Assembly: GCA_964016885.1 (NCBI GenBank)
Contig: OZ024741.1
Coordinates: 103,168,001-103,232,000 of the forward strand
Length of the DNA stretch: 64,000 bases
Source of the DNA: Eledone cirrhosa
Taxonomy: Eukaryota
Direction of reading: 5' to 3'
Shown: one piece after another, positions 14,267 through 28,300 of the stretch
Position numbering within the stretch: the first letter of the stretch is position 1
Layout of the letters: each line of letters starts with the position of its first letter
The notes under the pieces: model-generated
Told to the model about the DNA's origin: nothing
Database searches by the model: none
The model's input: the letters and a program-made list of their open reading frames with translations, nothing else
Program-made: the position numbers and the translations under genes

Positions 14267-17200
14267 GTAAGTAAATTAACAACACTAAAATGGAGTAAAT
14301 TAGTCTAAAAACAATATTTTATTTCTTGTTATGGTTCTCTTATAGTTGTCTTTTGTTTCATGAGTTTAGAAGTAGCTGCTATCCAACAGGAATATTGTAT
14401 TTTGCCTTATTTCTGTTTATTATGACATGCCAAAAAACAAACTACGTGTCTGCTATTTTCGTAAACATTTCATGAACTTCTTAAATATTGTATATCACCT
14501 GTATATCTGCTCTACCTAATGAAAGACAAAGTCTATGATTTTCAAGTTATTTTTTATATAATCAAGAATTCAGGGGAATTTAATAAAGTAACTAACTTTC
14601 TCATTATTAGGCTTGTGTCTGGAACATTAAAATTCTTACATAAAATTACGATTGAATTATTTTACGTAAATATAAACACTTTAAACAGTTTCGTAACTTT
14701 AAATCGGGAGTCGTTTCAGACGGTTTGATGTTAAAAGGATGAATCAAAGTTTACAAAGATACATTTTCCGGCGTAACCATTGTTTAATGTTCCCCTCCCA
14801 CTCGACTTTGTTTCCTTAAGTTTCTTAATATAAATTTTGCAGAGATACATTTTCGAAGATGTAGATTACGATTATGTTAATGGACTTTTAAAGAAAGGTT
14901 GATATATATTTTTTTGCGAATCCTAGTTGTATATATGACATTAAGTTCCTGTAGGAAATCTATGACAGTAGCACTAACTTATTCTTATTCACAATAGATA
15001 TGTTTATGTATAATAAACATATATAATTCTCAGTGTAACTGTTTTAAGCAATAGTTTATTCTCATCTCCATACCGAGTGAGTAAACGTCACTGATGAATA
15101 AATAATCCTAAAACACTGTCTAACGTTCTCACATGGCTACTGAGATAGGTGTGACATGATCACAGCTTAAAACAGCCATAGTGAGACAACTTTATTTGTT
15201 TATTATACATAAACATATCGTGCCTGCCTCTTTATATACCACTATTGTCTATGACATTATCCTCATTGGTATTTAACAAGAAATCGGAATGTATGACAAG
15301 AAGAAGTACTGACTACAACAAATACAAATCGAAAGCTTTTGATGTCAACTAAATCGTAATCTACTACATATAAAATGTATCTCTGCCCAATTTCATTTGG
15401 GTGAGGGTGTGGCTAGTTCACTGAACTGTTGTTACGCCATTTAAGCAACAAGACTAATTTTTCAGATGAAGAAACGGTACATATATATCCCCAAAATTAG
15501 TCGTGTCTAGCAACCTTATGAGTACACACATGAAACTCCAAATTAACAGAACTCAAACTTTGCCTTGATAAAGAATATATTGGTCTCTATTATGGTATTG
15601 AGTACTCATTCTTGCAACTGTCATTACTATGCATACATATATAACTTCAAACCCATAACTCTGCTAAACGCCAAGGTGTTAGCAAAGAGGTTGGCGCTTG
15701 TCATCAACTGTCTGGCTGAAGAGGGGCTGACATATGCCATCTCCAACGGATTCATCCACAGCAACCACCACCTCATGTGATACATCATAATGATAATGTC
15801 AACCATCAGTATGTTTTCAGGAGATGGATTGCTGTAATGTATAGCAGCCTCTGCTTGATGGTCAGGATGAATGGATATTTCACAGAGCCATTCTGTATCA
15901 TGCACTCTATCAAGGATTCCCCTGTTCGTATCATTTGTATGTACTGACTCTATAGTGCCATTCTGCACAAGTTGGAGACACTGAGGGGCATTCCATGTGA
16001 AGTAAGATACAGGAGATCCATGTCGGAATATGCCATGGTGTCGAGCACGAAGCACATCTAAGAGAGTGTAAGACAGTGATGGAAGTAAGAGTTAACCATC
16101 AAAAGTTTGTGGGTCTGTGGCTAAACAGATGGAGAACTAGGTCCATGCCATCCAATAGCACTGGACAGATGCAGCAGTTAACCCTTTAGCATTTAAACCG
16201 GCCGTATCCGTCCAGAAATCTCTCACCTCTTTCTGTTCAAACCAGCTGTAACCAGCTGCTGTTCTCAAAATAAATATCAAAATCTCATAGATTCGCTATT
16301 ATGTGAGATAATTAGGAGGTAAAGCCTTTATCTTGAAAATATAATAGTATATATAGAGTAATATAAATGCTAAAGGGTTAAGTTGGTCAGTGTCTGATTC
16401 AATCCAGATCTTCAGATAGAGAAAAATTGGGACAAAGTAACAAGCAGGGTGGCAACTCTCAGCCAGAAATGGACTGAGAGTAAATTATCCCTGAAAGGTC
16501 TAATGGAAGTGATGAATGCATACTTTATAATTCCTGCCACTTATCACACAATTGCTTTAGCATTTATTGCTGTGATTATGCTTCCCCCCCCCCTTCAATT
16601 TTGAGCCAAATATTTTTGTACTTGCATAAAATATTCTCTCTTTATCATCTCTTTCATTGCTTTGTATCTAATGACATCAGCCTCCAAAGTCCTAAGGTGT
16701 TTGTAATCTGTCCCTAGTTCAATAGATTTCATGATTTCCCCTCTAGGCATTTTTACTCCCTCTGTTCTTTTGAACTTTCTTCTTCTCATGAACATTGTAA
16801 CACACTTTGAGAGACCAAATTCCATTCTAATATCTTCTGAGAAGATATGTACTTTATGCACGAAGTTTTCCAATCATTTCTCACTTTTCGCACACTGCTT
16901 TAGGTCATCTATGAATAATAGATAATTCAACTTCCCTTTTCCATTTCCCAAATCTTATCCTAGCTTTATTTTCTGCAAGATATCTCTTAGAGAAATCATT
17001 ACCAGTACAAATAGAAAAGCAATAAACTGTCACTTGAAATATTCCTTGTTTAATTCATAGATTAGCTAATATTTCTCATCCAACAGTTAATTTTGTGTTT
17101 CAACTTCTCATGCTATTGCATATTAAATTTCTTATGTTTTCTATATATTTTCATTATATTTTCTATCCATGTGGGATAAAATCATATTATTATTATTGTT

Positions 17201-19516
17201 CTTTGAGTCTCAGTCATTGATGTTAGTTAACTGGAAAGTTTGTTGAAATGAATATCAAGCCACTACCTGCAGCCTCAGATATTCAGGACGTATCGGAGGG
17301 TTCTTGCTGTTCCCAGCAAGCATGCCTTTTGAAGCGTGAAGGGGCCAATTTTCTTTAACCATCCCTGGAAACTTTTTGAGATAGTACCTCGTGCGCCTAT
17401 GACATTCGGGACCACTTTGACTTCATGGCAGTTCCAAATCCTTTTTACCTCCCACTTTAAGTCCTGGTATCGGTTAATTTTCTCCCTCTCCTTCTCTTGC
17501 ACTCTCGTGTCGAATGGGCAGGCCACATCCACAATCAGGCACGATCTTTTCTCTTTGTCCAAAACCACCAGGTCAGGTCTATTGTGTTCCTCTTTCTTGT
17601 CCGTCTGTATCCTAAAATCCCACAGCACCTTCACCTGATCGTTTTCTATCACCGACTCTGGCTTATGCTCATACCACTTCTCAGAATGTGGTAAATCGTT
17701 TACTTTGCATAGGTGCCAGTGGATCACCCTGCCCATCACATCATGTCTCCAGCCCTTATAGTGAGTCTGGGCTAGGTGTTTACACTCGGATACAATGTGA
17801 GCCACAGTCTCCTTTCTCTCTCCACAGATCCTGCACAGTGGGCTAGCCTCCTCCTTGTAAATATGGTGTTTCAACCACTTCGTTTTGAGGGCCTGCTCTT
17901 GCACAGCCATTAACATTCCTTCTGTAGCCTTTTTAAGGTCTCCTCTTTTCAACCAGTTCCATGTCTGTGGATCTCTGAATTCAGTTTTCTCAAAGAAGGT
18001 ACTATGAAGGGATTTTTCATGAAGGTTGCTCTTCCTCCTTGCCATTTCCTCCTTGGACATCTCCTGGTCTATTGTCCTCTCCTTCAGTACAGTTCTGAGC
18101 ATTGGCTCCTTACTATCAGTCACGTATTTGTGTAGGTTGTTTTTCTCCATCTGAACACAGTCCTCTATGCTGATAAGACCTCTTCCACCTTCAGATCTCC
18201 TTAAGTAGAGTCTATCGACATCACTCCTCTTGTGGAACATGTTGTAGATAGTCAATAGCTTCCTAGTCTTCCTATCCATTTCTTTTTGTTCAGCAACATT
18301 CCATCTCAGAATTCCCACACTGTACCTAATAATAGACACAGCTCGGGAATTTACTGCACTTATGGCATTCCTACTGTTCAGCTGTGACTTTAATATGCTC
18401 CTTACTCACCGAATTATTATTATCATTATTATTACTATTATTATATAGGGCGGTGGATTGGCAGTATCGGTAGAGAGTCGGACACCATGCTTTGAAGCAT
18501 AGAGTTACGTCCCTTTATGATCTGAGTTCAAATCCCGCCGAGGTTAACTTTGCCTTTCATCCTTACGGGGTCGATTAAATAAAGTACCAGTAATGTACTG
18601 GATAATTGCTGGCCTTGTGCCTAAAGTAGAAACAATTATTACTATTATTATTATTATTATTATTATTATAAGAGGAGTAGATTAGCAGAATTGTTAGAGC
18701 ACTGAACAAAATGCTTAGCAGTCTTTACTTACAACTCTTTATATTCAGATCAAATTCAACTTTTTCTTTCATCCTTCCTGGCTTTCTAAAATAAGGTTTA
18801 AGTCATTTAATATACTTTTACTGCCCTGCAAATTGCTGATCTTATTATCATTATTGTTTCTGGTTCTTTACATTCTGGATTCAAATCCTGCCAAGATCAA
18901 CTTTGCTTTTCATACTTCTAGAGTCAACTGTATTTGGTCCTAGTACAGGTATCTATTCATAATTAGTTGCTCACATTGACTATATTTGATTCTAGTACCA
19001 GTGTTGATCCATCATCAGTTGTTCATAATTATGTTAAAAAATTAGTTTTAAACCATTATTATTCGAACCTAAAATAATGTTTAAAAACAGTATTTTAAAA
19101 TGTTTAAAATGTTAGTTGCTGTACTATGATAGAGATATAAACACAAATTACTGAACGTAATGGGGAAATTTACTTTTGAAATATCGCCTTAGGGTAAAAG
19201 GGATGGAAAAGGTTGGGAATCCCTATCCTAAAATATGGTTCTTTACAAACTAGTGGATTGAATTTTTAGGTATTAGAAGTCTTAGAAAAATCATCATCAT
19301 ATATATATTGACTTAGCAATAAATTAATTTAACTTAAGTGTTGCCTTGATATATGAAATGTCAAATTTGAACTGAAAAAATAGGAAATTTACTGCTCACT
19401 TAATATCATGCACACACACTTAGGTATTTTATTGTTACAGCTCGCACCTACATAGCTTTAGCTGGCTTCCTACATTGGAGATTTCTAGGGTGTTTAATGA
19501 TAACAGTCCCAGTCCT

Positions 19517-19564
<48 letters not shown>

Positions 19565-22500
19565 TTATCATGCTTTCCAGCATAGTTACGTCCCTTTACG
19601 GTCTGAGTTCAAATCCCGCCGATGTTAACTTTGCCTTTCATCCTTACGGGGTCGATAAAATAAAGTACCAGTAATGTACTGGGTAATTGCTGGCCTTGTG
19701 CCAAAAGTAGAAACAATTATTATTATTTGCCCACTTATTCCTAAGAGAGTCACGGGAGCAGATTCTTCAGACATACCTTCCAGAAAGTCCTATCAGAAGC
19801 AACCATCTTCAAATAATCTGGTTGAATCCCCAAATGAGACCAATCAAGCTTATCCAACCATTTTGCTTCTGGTTTACTTCTTGTTTTTCCTGCCAGCTGG
19901 CTTTGCCCATAAAACTTGTCCTGCAATTTTTTCCATTCTAATCTCATGTCTGTAGTACCAGATTTGTGATCGCTCAGTGCGGAGAAGTAGCGGCTCTACC
20001 TGGGGCAACTCCCTGATCTTCAAGCTTTGCACCCTATCAAGTAACATTACTCCAATGACCATTCAGAAAAAAACCTTTTCACCATTTGTATTCACGATTA
20101 TATTCTTTTGGTCATTATGCAAGAGTCATGACCATAGGTAAGGATTGGCACAAAAAAAAAACATTTGAAGATAGTAGGTTTTGCTTTTATGTCTGTCTCT
20201 CTTTTTTTGATGATTTAGTCCTATCGTGTGTATATATACATATATATATATATAAATATACATTATTATTACTGCTCATACCTATGCAGGTTTAGTTGAT
20301 CTCCTAAGTTGCATCTCTTGGCTGTTTTAATGATATGAACTGTAGTCCTATTAAGAAAAGCAATATTAAGTAGAGTATCTTTCTTAAGAAAACAATGCAC
20401 TAACCTGTCCAAGAATTATATCACAGCCTTATGAGTCCAATACCCTAACCATTAGGCTATGCACAATCACCCGTGCAGAATTTGAAAAGTTGTAAAGCTG
20501 TTACTGAGAACATATGTTATAAGCAACACACCAGTTAACTCCTTTGATACCAAACTACCTGCAACTGCCCCCAATTTTTCACTAGAAAACTGTTTATTTG
20601 AACCCTTTAGCATTTAAAACGGTCGTGTCCGGCGAGAATCTCTCACCTCTTTCTGTTCAAACCAGCTGTAACCAGCCACTCATACTGACGTTAAGGTATT
20701 GTTTTCAAAATAAATAATATCAAAATCTCATAGATTCAATATTATGTGAGGTAAAGACTTTACCGTGAAAATACAATAGTAAATATAGAGTTTTGTAAAT
20801 GCTAAAGGGTTAAAGTGCTTATATTTATCTAAAAATCTTTCATTGTAATTCTTTTTAAGAACCTTTGTAGTTGTCTACCAAATATGTGATAAATAATGAA
20901 AAGGTAAATTATATTACTAGATCCCCTCAGACATTAGATCATTTTCAAAATAATTTTAAAATAATAGGCAGTCTCTGTCATTAGAAATATAATAACAAAA
21001 GTGTTTAGATGTTTACATTTATCTAAAAGCCATCTTCTTCCTTGGAGGGTTTTGGGGGCAGAGTCCTCAAGCATGCCATCAGGGTTCTGTCAGAAACTAA
21101 ATGCATCCCTTCCATCATAATTCATGTAAGAACATTTAAGTTATATTTCAAAATTATTTGAAAATTATAGGCAGTGACTTTCATTAGAAATATGGTAATG
21201 AAAGGGTTAAATATCACTAATTCAGAAATATTAACAATGATGGTGATGATAATCATCATCTTGATCATTTCTTACATTTGGAAAGAAACTGTATAGTGGA
21301 TTGAATGAGACACGTGTATTATGGGGACAAGTACAGTTGTTGTCTAGCCATAGGTAAACTCTGTTCAAAAGTGTACCACATGACCTCATCTTTTTCTCAG
21401 GTACTGTAAATTTAGGATTATATTTATCTTATGAGTTCATCCCATTTCAGTGTGGTAGGGTGTACAATGAGGAATACTTGACATACTATTTCTAGCATGT
21501 ATTTTGACCACATAGATTATATTTAAGTTTTAGATCTCTTGTTTGTTTGTTTTTTAATAACAATATTTGGTGGTTGGTTGGTGACAGTGTAGGTTGTGTT
21601 GTATAGTTGGTGGTGGAAATAACGTAGGTTGTGTGTGTTGTGCTGTGCAGTTGGTAGTAGTGGTGGTGTAGGTTGTGTATGCTATGTTGATAGTCAGTGG
21701 TACTGGTGGTGTAGGCTGTGTGTACTGTGTTGTATACTGTGTGTACTGTGTTGTATAGTTGGTCGTGATATATGCAACGGGGCCATTTGTGTAAGAGTAT
21801 GTATTGTGTAGTTTGTATTATCTTATTGGCTGATGATTGTATAGATTATATACAGTATGTGTCGTGTGTGTATATATTGTTGGGGGGCGGGATGATTATA
21901 TAGAGTATGTGTTGTGTGCGCGTTGTGCAAAGCTTGTGACTCTGAGCTTTGCACATCTGATAAGAATGTTCTTACTGTTAAGATATCTAAATCGTATCAA
22001 TTTCTTCACGACAGGTGGATCTCAACGATGTACCTTTGGAAGGGGACATAACTGTACCTTTAACAGGCGGTGATGGCAATGAGGATGAGTTATCTACCTT
22101 AGATGAACCAGTTAAAGACACTGTTGTAAGTTTTTTTTTATTGTCTTGTATGTTGGAGGAGGGACAGCATGGCTTTATGGTAAAGAAGTTCGCTTGAAAA
22201 TCATTACGTCCCGGGTTCAATATCCCATTGCTTGGCATCATGGGTAAGTGATATCCACCATGCGCTTCGGGTTGGCCCAAGCCGTGCGAGTGAAATTTGG
22301 TTAAACAGAAACTATTTGGAAGCCTGCTGAATGGACTGTGCCTTTAATTCAAAGGTCTGGCCTTGTCACACACTGAAGCAGGCAGATTCCACTTGATATT
22401 TGCTCCAAATATACAAGTGTCTGTGGAATACTCTACTATTTACACATTAATTCACGAGTTTGATGTCCAGTTGATTGATCAACAGAATGTTGAAATTAGC

Positions 22501-25320
22501 TGAGGATCCATCATATTTGTGAACATTGTATGTATATATATAAACATCAGTCCCATCATGTTTATTATAGTACTGCAGGCCATAATAGGAATTCAAGACG
22601 AGTTGTCTGTGGGAGCTCCTAAATGGTGATGATCTACACCTAATAGCCAAAATGAAAAGATGTTCCAGGCATGTAAGCAAAATCTGGAATCAAAGGACCT
22701 CAATGTAAACCTAGCAAAGACTATAGTTTTATTAAGTAATAAAATGGACAAAACCCTGCTTCTGTCAGGAATTGAATGAAGCTTGCAAGGGAGACAATTG
22801 TGCTGATATGGGCATGTGGTGTGTAAGGAAAATGAGAGCTGTATAAAAAATAGTGTCAGGTGCTTAAGGTGGATGGTGAAAAACAGAAACCAAAAGGACG
22901 AAGTTGTTAAGAATGACCTAAAGAAACTCGATTTCATGTAAGAAATGACACAGGATCGAGCTGAGTAGAGATAAGCCATAATGCCTAAAACATTAAATGT
23001 AAACATAGTGATAGATCGGCGGCTTCAGAGTTTGGCCATTGAAATTGAATGGAGACAATATAGCTCGGAGATCAGAGAGTCACTCAAGGTAGAGCCACTA
23101 CTTCTTTGAATTGAGAGATCACAGCTCCAACACTATGGATATGTGGTTAGAATGTCTCAAGAAAGAATTGATTGACAAATTTTTCAGGCAAACCAACAGG
23201 CAGGAAACCCAGGGGTAGACCCCAAGCAAGATAGTTGAATCACATCCATAAGCTTGGCAGGTCTCGCTTGGGGATCCAACTGGATCAGTTGGAACCGGTT
23301 GCTTCTGACAGGACCTGCTGGAATGTTTGTTTGAGGACTCTGCTCTCACAACCTTTTCAGGAGTAAGTGGGTGAAGAAGACAATATAGGATTGGAGAGGG
23401 CTCTCCAGTCTAGTTTAGCATGTGACAACCTTTCTAGTACCACAATAAAATTCACCTTATAACACATTAGTGTGGGTACCATAATAAAATTCACCTAGTT
23501 CACCCTGTAAAGTAGTTAGGAAAGACATCCAATCATAGAAATCATGCCAAATATGGAATGCAACAAACAAGATTAGCCACTGAAACTCATCTCGTCTCAT
23601 ACTGTGATAATGCCACTTCCCCCATGCCAGCATGGAAAGGGAACATAAAATGATGATGATGTATAATATATATATGTCAATATTTTTCCTCCATATTTCA
23701 GCTTCGTGACCTCAAAGCCGTAGGAATCAAATTCTTCCATGTTCTCTATCCAAAACAGAGTAGTTTCTTACTACGAGAATGTAAGTATGTCTCATTAGTC
23801 ATTATTATATTTATCGTTTTCTTCATCTCTAAATTCTTAACACTCATAAGCTGCTTGAGACTATACTTGGTTCTATGATACAAATCTGTTTATTTTAAAA
23901 TGTTTATATTTATCTAATGTTTTTATGTAAGAACCCTTGTTATGTTCCAAACAACAAGAAGTGCTTTAAAGCAAGATTCCCTGTTAAAGCATGATAGACA
24001 TCATATTCATCATGTTAAGCTTTTTTGAAGTAAAGGTTTACCTTTCCTGGTGCCAACCCTTAAATTCACCTATTACAACACACATGAATATAGTACACCT
24101 GTTCTAAACAGGTTATGCCCTAAATACCAGCTTAATAATGAGAAATTTAGTTATATTACTAATTCTCTCTACTATCTTGATTATTTTCAAAATTATTATT
24201 AGTGTTTCATTAGAAATACGGTAACAAAAAGGTTAAAGTGTTAATATTTATTTTAAAAAACTTCCATCATAAGTTTATGTAAGAATCTTTACATTATGCT
24301 CTAAACACCAACTTAATAATGAAAAGGTTAATTATATCAGTAAATCCTTCAACATTTTTTATTATATTTTTAAATTATTAAAAAATTATAGACTGTCTTT
24401 TATTAGAAATATGGTTACAAAAGTATGGATGTGTTTATATTTATCTAAAAACCTTCCATCATAATCCTATGTAAGACTTTTATAAAGTTATGTTCTGAAC
24501 ACCAGCTTAATAATGCGAAAGTTATATTACTAAATCCCTCAAAATTATTGATTATTTTCAAAATGCTTTGGAATCCATAGCCAGTGACTTCAGTAAGAAA
24601 TAAAGCAATGAAAGAGTTAATCTTGTAGTTCCGTAAACATTTCAATTTCTCTTTGCAGGGGATTTGTGGGGTCCTCTTATACTATGTGTCTTTCTGGCTT
24701 TGTAAGTATATTTGCATTCATTATCATTTAAGCTCTAATACTATTTAAGTGATATATGTGTGTCAGTGTAGTGTTTCTGTGAGTGTGTATATATATATGT
24801 GTGTGTGTTTGTACATCTGTGGATCACTGTGTATGCTTTATATATATTGAAAAATTAGCCAAAAAATTTGCAGGCATCAAATCACTTATTAATCAACGTA
24901 TGTTTTGTAAATGAAAAATAATTGATAATGTTTATATATTGATTAATTCATTTTCTATCAAATTCATCAGGAATAAACAAGGTACATTTTCACTCATTTT
25001 ATTATTCCTGATGAGCTTGATGAAAATTGATATATAAACTTGATATATAAACTTTATTGATTATTTTTCATTAATTAATTTTCATACATCGATTTATAAA
25101 TGACTTCATCCCTGCAAAGTGTTTGGTTATTCTTTCAATACATATTAATGCTCTGTGATGCTATTTATTTCATTCTTTGGATCTTACCGCTTGGATTATA
25201 CCTTAGATTTGTTTGTTCTGCATGATTACGAATGGTAACAACACATTGAGCTTTCAATTATCGTGTTAAGTTAAAATAAGTGAATATCTCCACTTATAAA
25301 TCTTTGTGTGTGGGTATGTA

Positions 25321-25378
<58 letters not shown>

Positions 25379-28300
25379 GGGTGGTGGATTGGCAGAATCG
25401 GTAAAGCATCGGACAACATGCTTTGCAGCATAGAGTTACGGCCTTTTACGTTCTGAGTTCAAATCCAGCTGAGGTTAGCTTTGCCTTTCATCCTTACGGG
25501 GTTGATAAAATAACAGCACCAGTAATGCACTGGTTTAATCGACTTTACCCTCCTCTTCAAATTGCTGTCCTTGTGCCTAAAGTAGAAACAATTATATATA
25601 TGTGCGTGTGTGTGTGTGTGTGCATGTATCTGTTAGTTTGTATAAGCCTATAAATGTGTGTGTGTGCATGTATATGTTAGTTTCTATAAGCCTATAAATG
25701 TGTGTGTGTGTGTGTTTAGAATAAGTCTAATGTTGTGATATAGCAATCAATCATTAGTAAATTAATTAATAAATAAATAAACATTAATATAAAAAGAAAA
25801 ATTTGCTAATTAATTAGTACTTGTATTTGGTTTCAGGATGCTTCAAAGTAACCCAGACCACCTTGACAAGCAGATGTCTGGTGGTCCAGAATTTTCTGAA
25901 GTGTTTGTCATATTTTGGGTTGGTTCAGTGATTGTAACACTAAACTCTAAACTTCTCGGTGGAAATATGTAAGTATTACATTATATATAGAGTATTGATG
26001 TGTGTGGTGCCTATATACATGTGTGTATAAATAGTATTACTCTATATATAATGCATTTACATATGTGGTATCTATATACATGTGTATATAAATAGGATTA
26101 CATTATATATATGGCATTTACATATGTATCTACATAAAGTTGTATATAAATAGTATTTGTATCCATCTAGCTATACCCCTTCTTCCCTCTCTCGTTTAAT
26201 GTCTATTTTCCATGCTTGCATGGGTTAGACAAGTTGTCACATTATGAGACAAGTGAGGTCAGGTGATCACGTTTTGCTCATACAGATTTGTATATTTGTA
26301 CTGCATTTATATATAGTGTCTATATACATATGCAGGTATATTTAAAAAATTATGTGTGCAATGCGTTCAACTTGGGCCTAAATTTTTCTATAAAAACACT
26401 TTTTTGCCAATGCGTTTTTCCTCTGATGTTGACTGGCAGCATGTTATCCTGTTCCTTAAGTGATGACCTCACTCGATAGAGTGTGTACCTCGGAGATCAG
26501 AGTCACTCTAGTTAGAGCCACTACTTCTCCAAATTGAGAGAAGACTGTGTTGGTTTGGACATGTGATGCACATGGACAATAGTCATTGGGTAAGGAAATG
26601 TTGGTGAAAAGAAGCTACGGTAGAGATAGACCAAGAAAGACCTGGCAGAACTGACCTCAGATCACTGAGACTCACAGATGAGATGATAAAGGATAGCGAC
26701 GTGTGGAGGGATGCCGTGCTGAGAAAGACCCATACAAAACTTCCATGCTTTCCGAAATTCGCCAACACTACACCTCATACTCCTCCACCATATACACATA
26801 CGCATACATCTGTGTGTATGACTCGTACACTGCTCACTCTCCTGTCATTTGTACATTATTCCATGTATTATACATGCACCTTTGATGAGTTGTAGAGCAC
26901 CGGAGCATTGTACACAATAATTTTCATTAGAGAGTCGGGCGCCATGCTTTGCAGCAAAGAGTTATGGCCCTTTATGGTCTAAGTTCAAATCCCGCCGAGG
27001 TTAACTTTGCCTTTCATCCTTACAGGGTCGATAAAATAAAGTGCCAGTAATACACTGGGATAATTGCTGGCCTTGTGCCAAAAGTAGAAATAATAATTAT
27101 TATTAATTATTATTTTTAAAAAAATCAAAAAATAAAATCACTACATCCCTTAGGGATCGCAGTAAGTACTTCACAAAATCTATAAACAACAATATACACA
27201 CAGATTTATATACAGATACATACCACATGCATATACACACAAGTTAAAAGAAACCACACTATTTCGTGTGAGACACTATACCGACCAATCTTACGTACAT
27301 TTGTAAAATATTTCTGAACATTGACTTCGCTTCTAACCCACATACACCTTTTAATTATATATATATATAATTATATATTCGTGTGCAGATCTTGTTCCAT
27401 ACACACACACACATAATACATAGGAAAACAGAAACAGAAATACAAAACAAAAGATAAACAAACATTTATCTCGTTAACTTACGTAGCATATTTATTTGTT
27501 TACATGCGCAGACTCTTTTGTACACACACACACACGCAACATTTAGGAAAACGGAAACAAAATACACAAAAAAAACAAAAAAAAACAGACATTTTATTTC
27601 TATCGTAATCAAGTGCGCTAAACCTATATTGTTTACATTCTGTGTTTTTCTACGGATGGGCAGAAATGACAAAATTGCCATGGTGATATCCATGGATGAA
27701 GTATGCGACAAAACTGGTCGATGTTCCAAAATAGAACATTGCCCAGAAAATCACATCTGCCATATCTGTACGGAACCCGAAAACTCGTTCCGTAATCGTT
27801 GGGTCGAATGTGGAACCTGTCACATCTCTGTCTGCCTTCAATGCGCCACAGGCTTCTGGAAGATTCCAGGCCAAAACAAGAAACATCATATTGCTATGAT
27901 GGATAGACTCAGGCAGATGGTCCAGCTAACAAATTGGTCCTTTTAGTGCCTGGACTGTATGCCTCCCTCTACCATTGCTGCGGAACAACAACAGCAAAAA
28001 CCGAAGATCGTGTCTTCCTCTACCATTGTTCCCGAACAGCAACAAAAACCGAAGATCGTGTCTTCCTCTACCATTGTTCCTGAACAACAGCAAAAACCAA
28101 CGACCGTAGCTTCTGCTACTACCCCCGTTGAAGGATTTCATCAACAACAGCAACCCATGTCTTCCTCCCCAGTTACTTTTCAACAACAACAACAACTGAT
28201 GACTGTGTCTTCTCCTACCATGCCTGTTGAAGGAGAAGAACAACAACAAAAATCGACCGTCAATACGGAGTTTGAGGAAATATGGCAAATGATTTCCGCT

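Noticed and set aside
18448-18545. tRNA-like A/B boxes (also 32140-32215 and other copies)
   Set aside because: They do not close a cloverleaf and they run into SINE bodies; these are SINE heads, not tRNA genes.
22015-22197. 60-aa ORF as a standalone gene
   Set aside because: It is YIPF6 exon 2 read through its splice donor into the intron.
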